64,000 bases of DNA from an uncultured virus (IMG/VR IMGVR_UViG_3300042863_002514) (lineage: Duplodnaviria > Heunggongvirae > Uroviricota > Caudoviricetes). Location: positions 1 to 64,000 of the IMG/VR virus record IMGVR_UViG_3300042863_002514, one strand, 5' to 3'. The notes under the pieces are model-generated. The model saw only the letters and a program-made list of their open reading frames with translations, was not told the origin of the DNA and ran no database searches. Made by a program: the position numbers and the translations under genes. Each line of letters starts with the position of its first letter. The stretch's first letter is position 1. Positions 63,897-64,000 of the stretch are shown piece after piece.

Positions 63897-64000
63897 ATGT
63901 CACATAAATGGAATCAAAGATGGTTAAGGTTGGCACATGAGGTAGCCAGCTGGAGCAAAGATGAGATCAAAGTTGGCGCTGTAATTTTTGACAAGAATCG
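63897..64000 (+). CDS. dCMP deaminase (partial; N-terminus only)
   Basis: Translated by hand: MSHKWNQRWLRLAHEVASWSKDEIKVGAVIFDKN matches the KW..R...LA..VA.WSKD...KVGAVI N-terminus of dCMP deaminases. Confidence 0.75.
   Translation, partial: MSHKWNQRWLRLAHEVASWSKDEIKVGAVIFDKN

Overview
This window looks like part of a large T4-superfamily-like (jumbo/large myovirus-type) bacteriophage genome. It is not cellular or NCLDV DNA. Genes are tightly packed with SD sites and overlapping stop/start codons, and a T4-late-promoter-like nTAAATA box recurs before at least 17 starts. Phage-typical accessory genes are present: phoH, groES, RFC/gp44-type clamp loader, infA, clpA, dnaJ, iscA, sod, speD, dCMP deaminase and a T4 T-like holin candidate. 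About two thirds of the window encodes probable virion-surface proteins and glycan-modifying enzymes. (i) Six tandem 7-bladed RCC1-repeat proteins fall into three N-terminal classes in the order A-B-(DUF4376)-C-A-B-C, with DNA-homogenised scaffolds and two hypervariable windows per blade. They are followed directly by DUF5672, carbamoyl-, methyl-, TPR-glycosyl- and sulfotransferase genes. (ii) There are Gly-Pro-Thr and Gly-X-Ser collagen-like fibres, glycine-rich proteins and two very large structural proteins. (iii) About 16 glycosyltransferase, nucleotide-sugar or tailoring genes lie in three clusters. Other notable items are a decayed in-frame GT2::fibre fusion pseudogene, a DnaE fragment that stops just before the catalytic motif, and a GC-rich, G-U-rich multi-hairpin intergenic element (about 34565-34800) that may be an unrecognised ncRNA. 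All family assignments come from motif recognition by eye; no searches were run.
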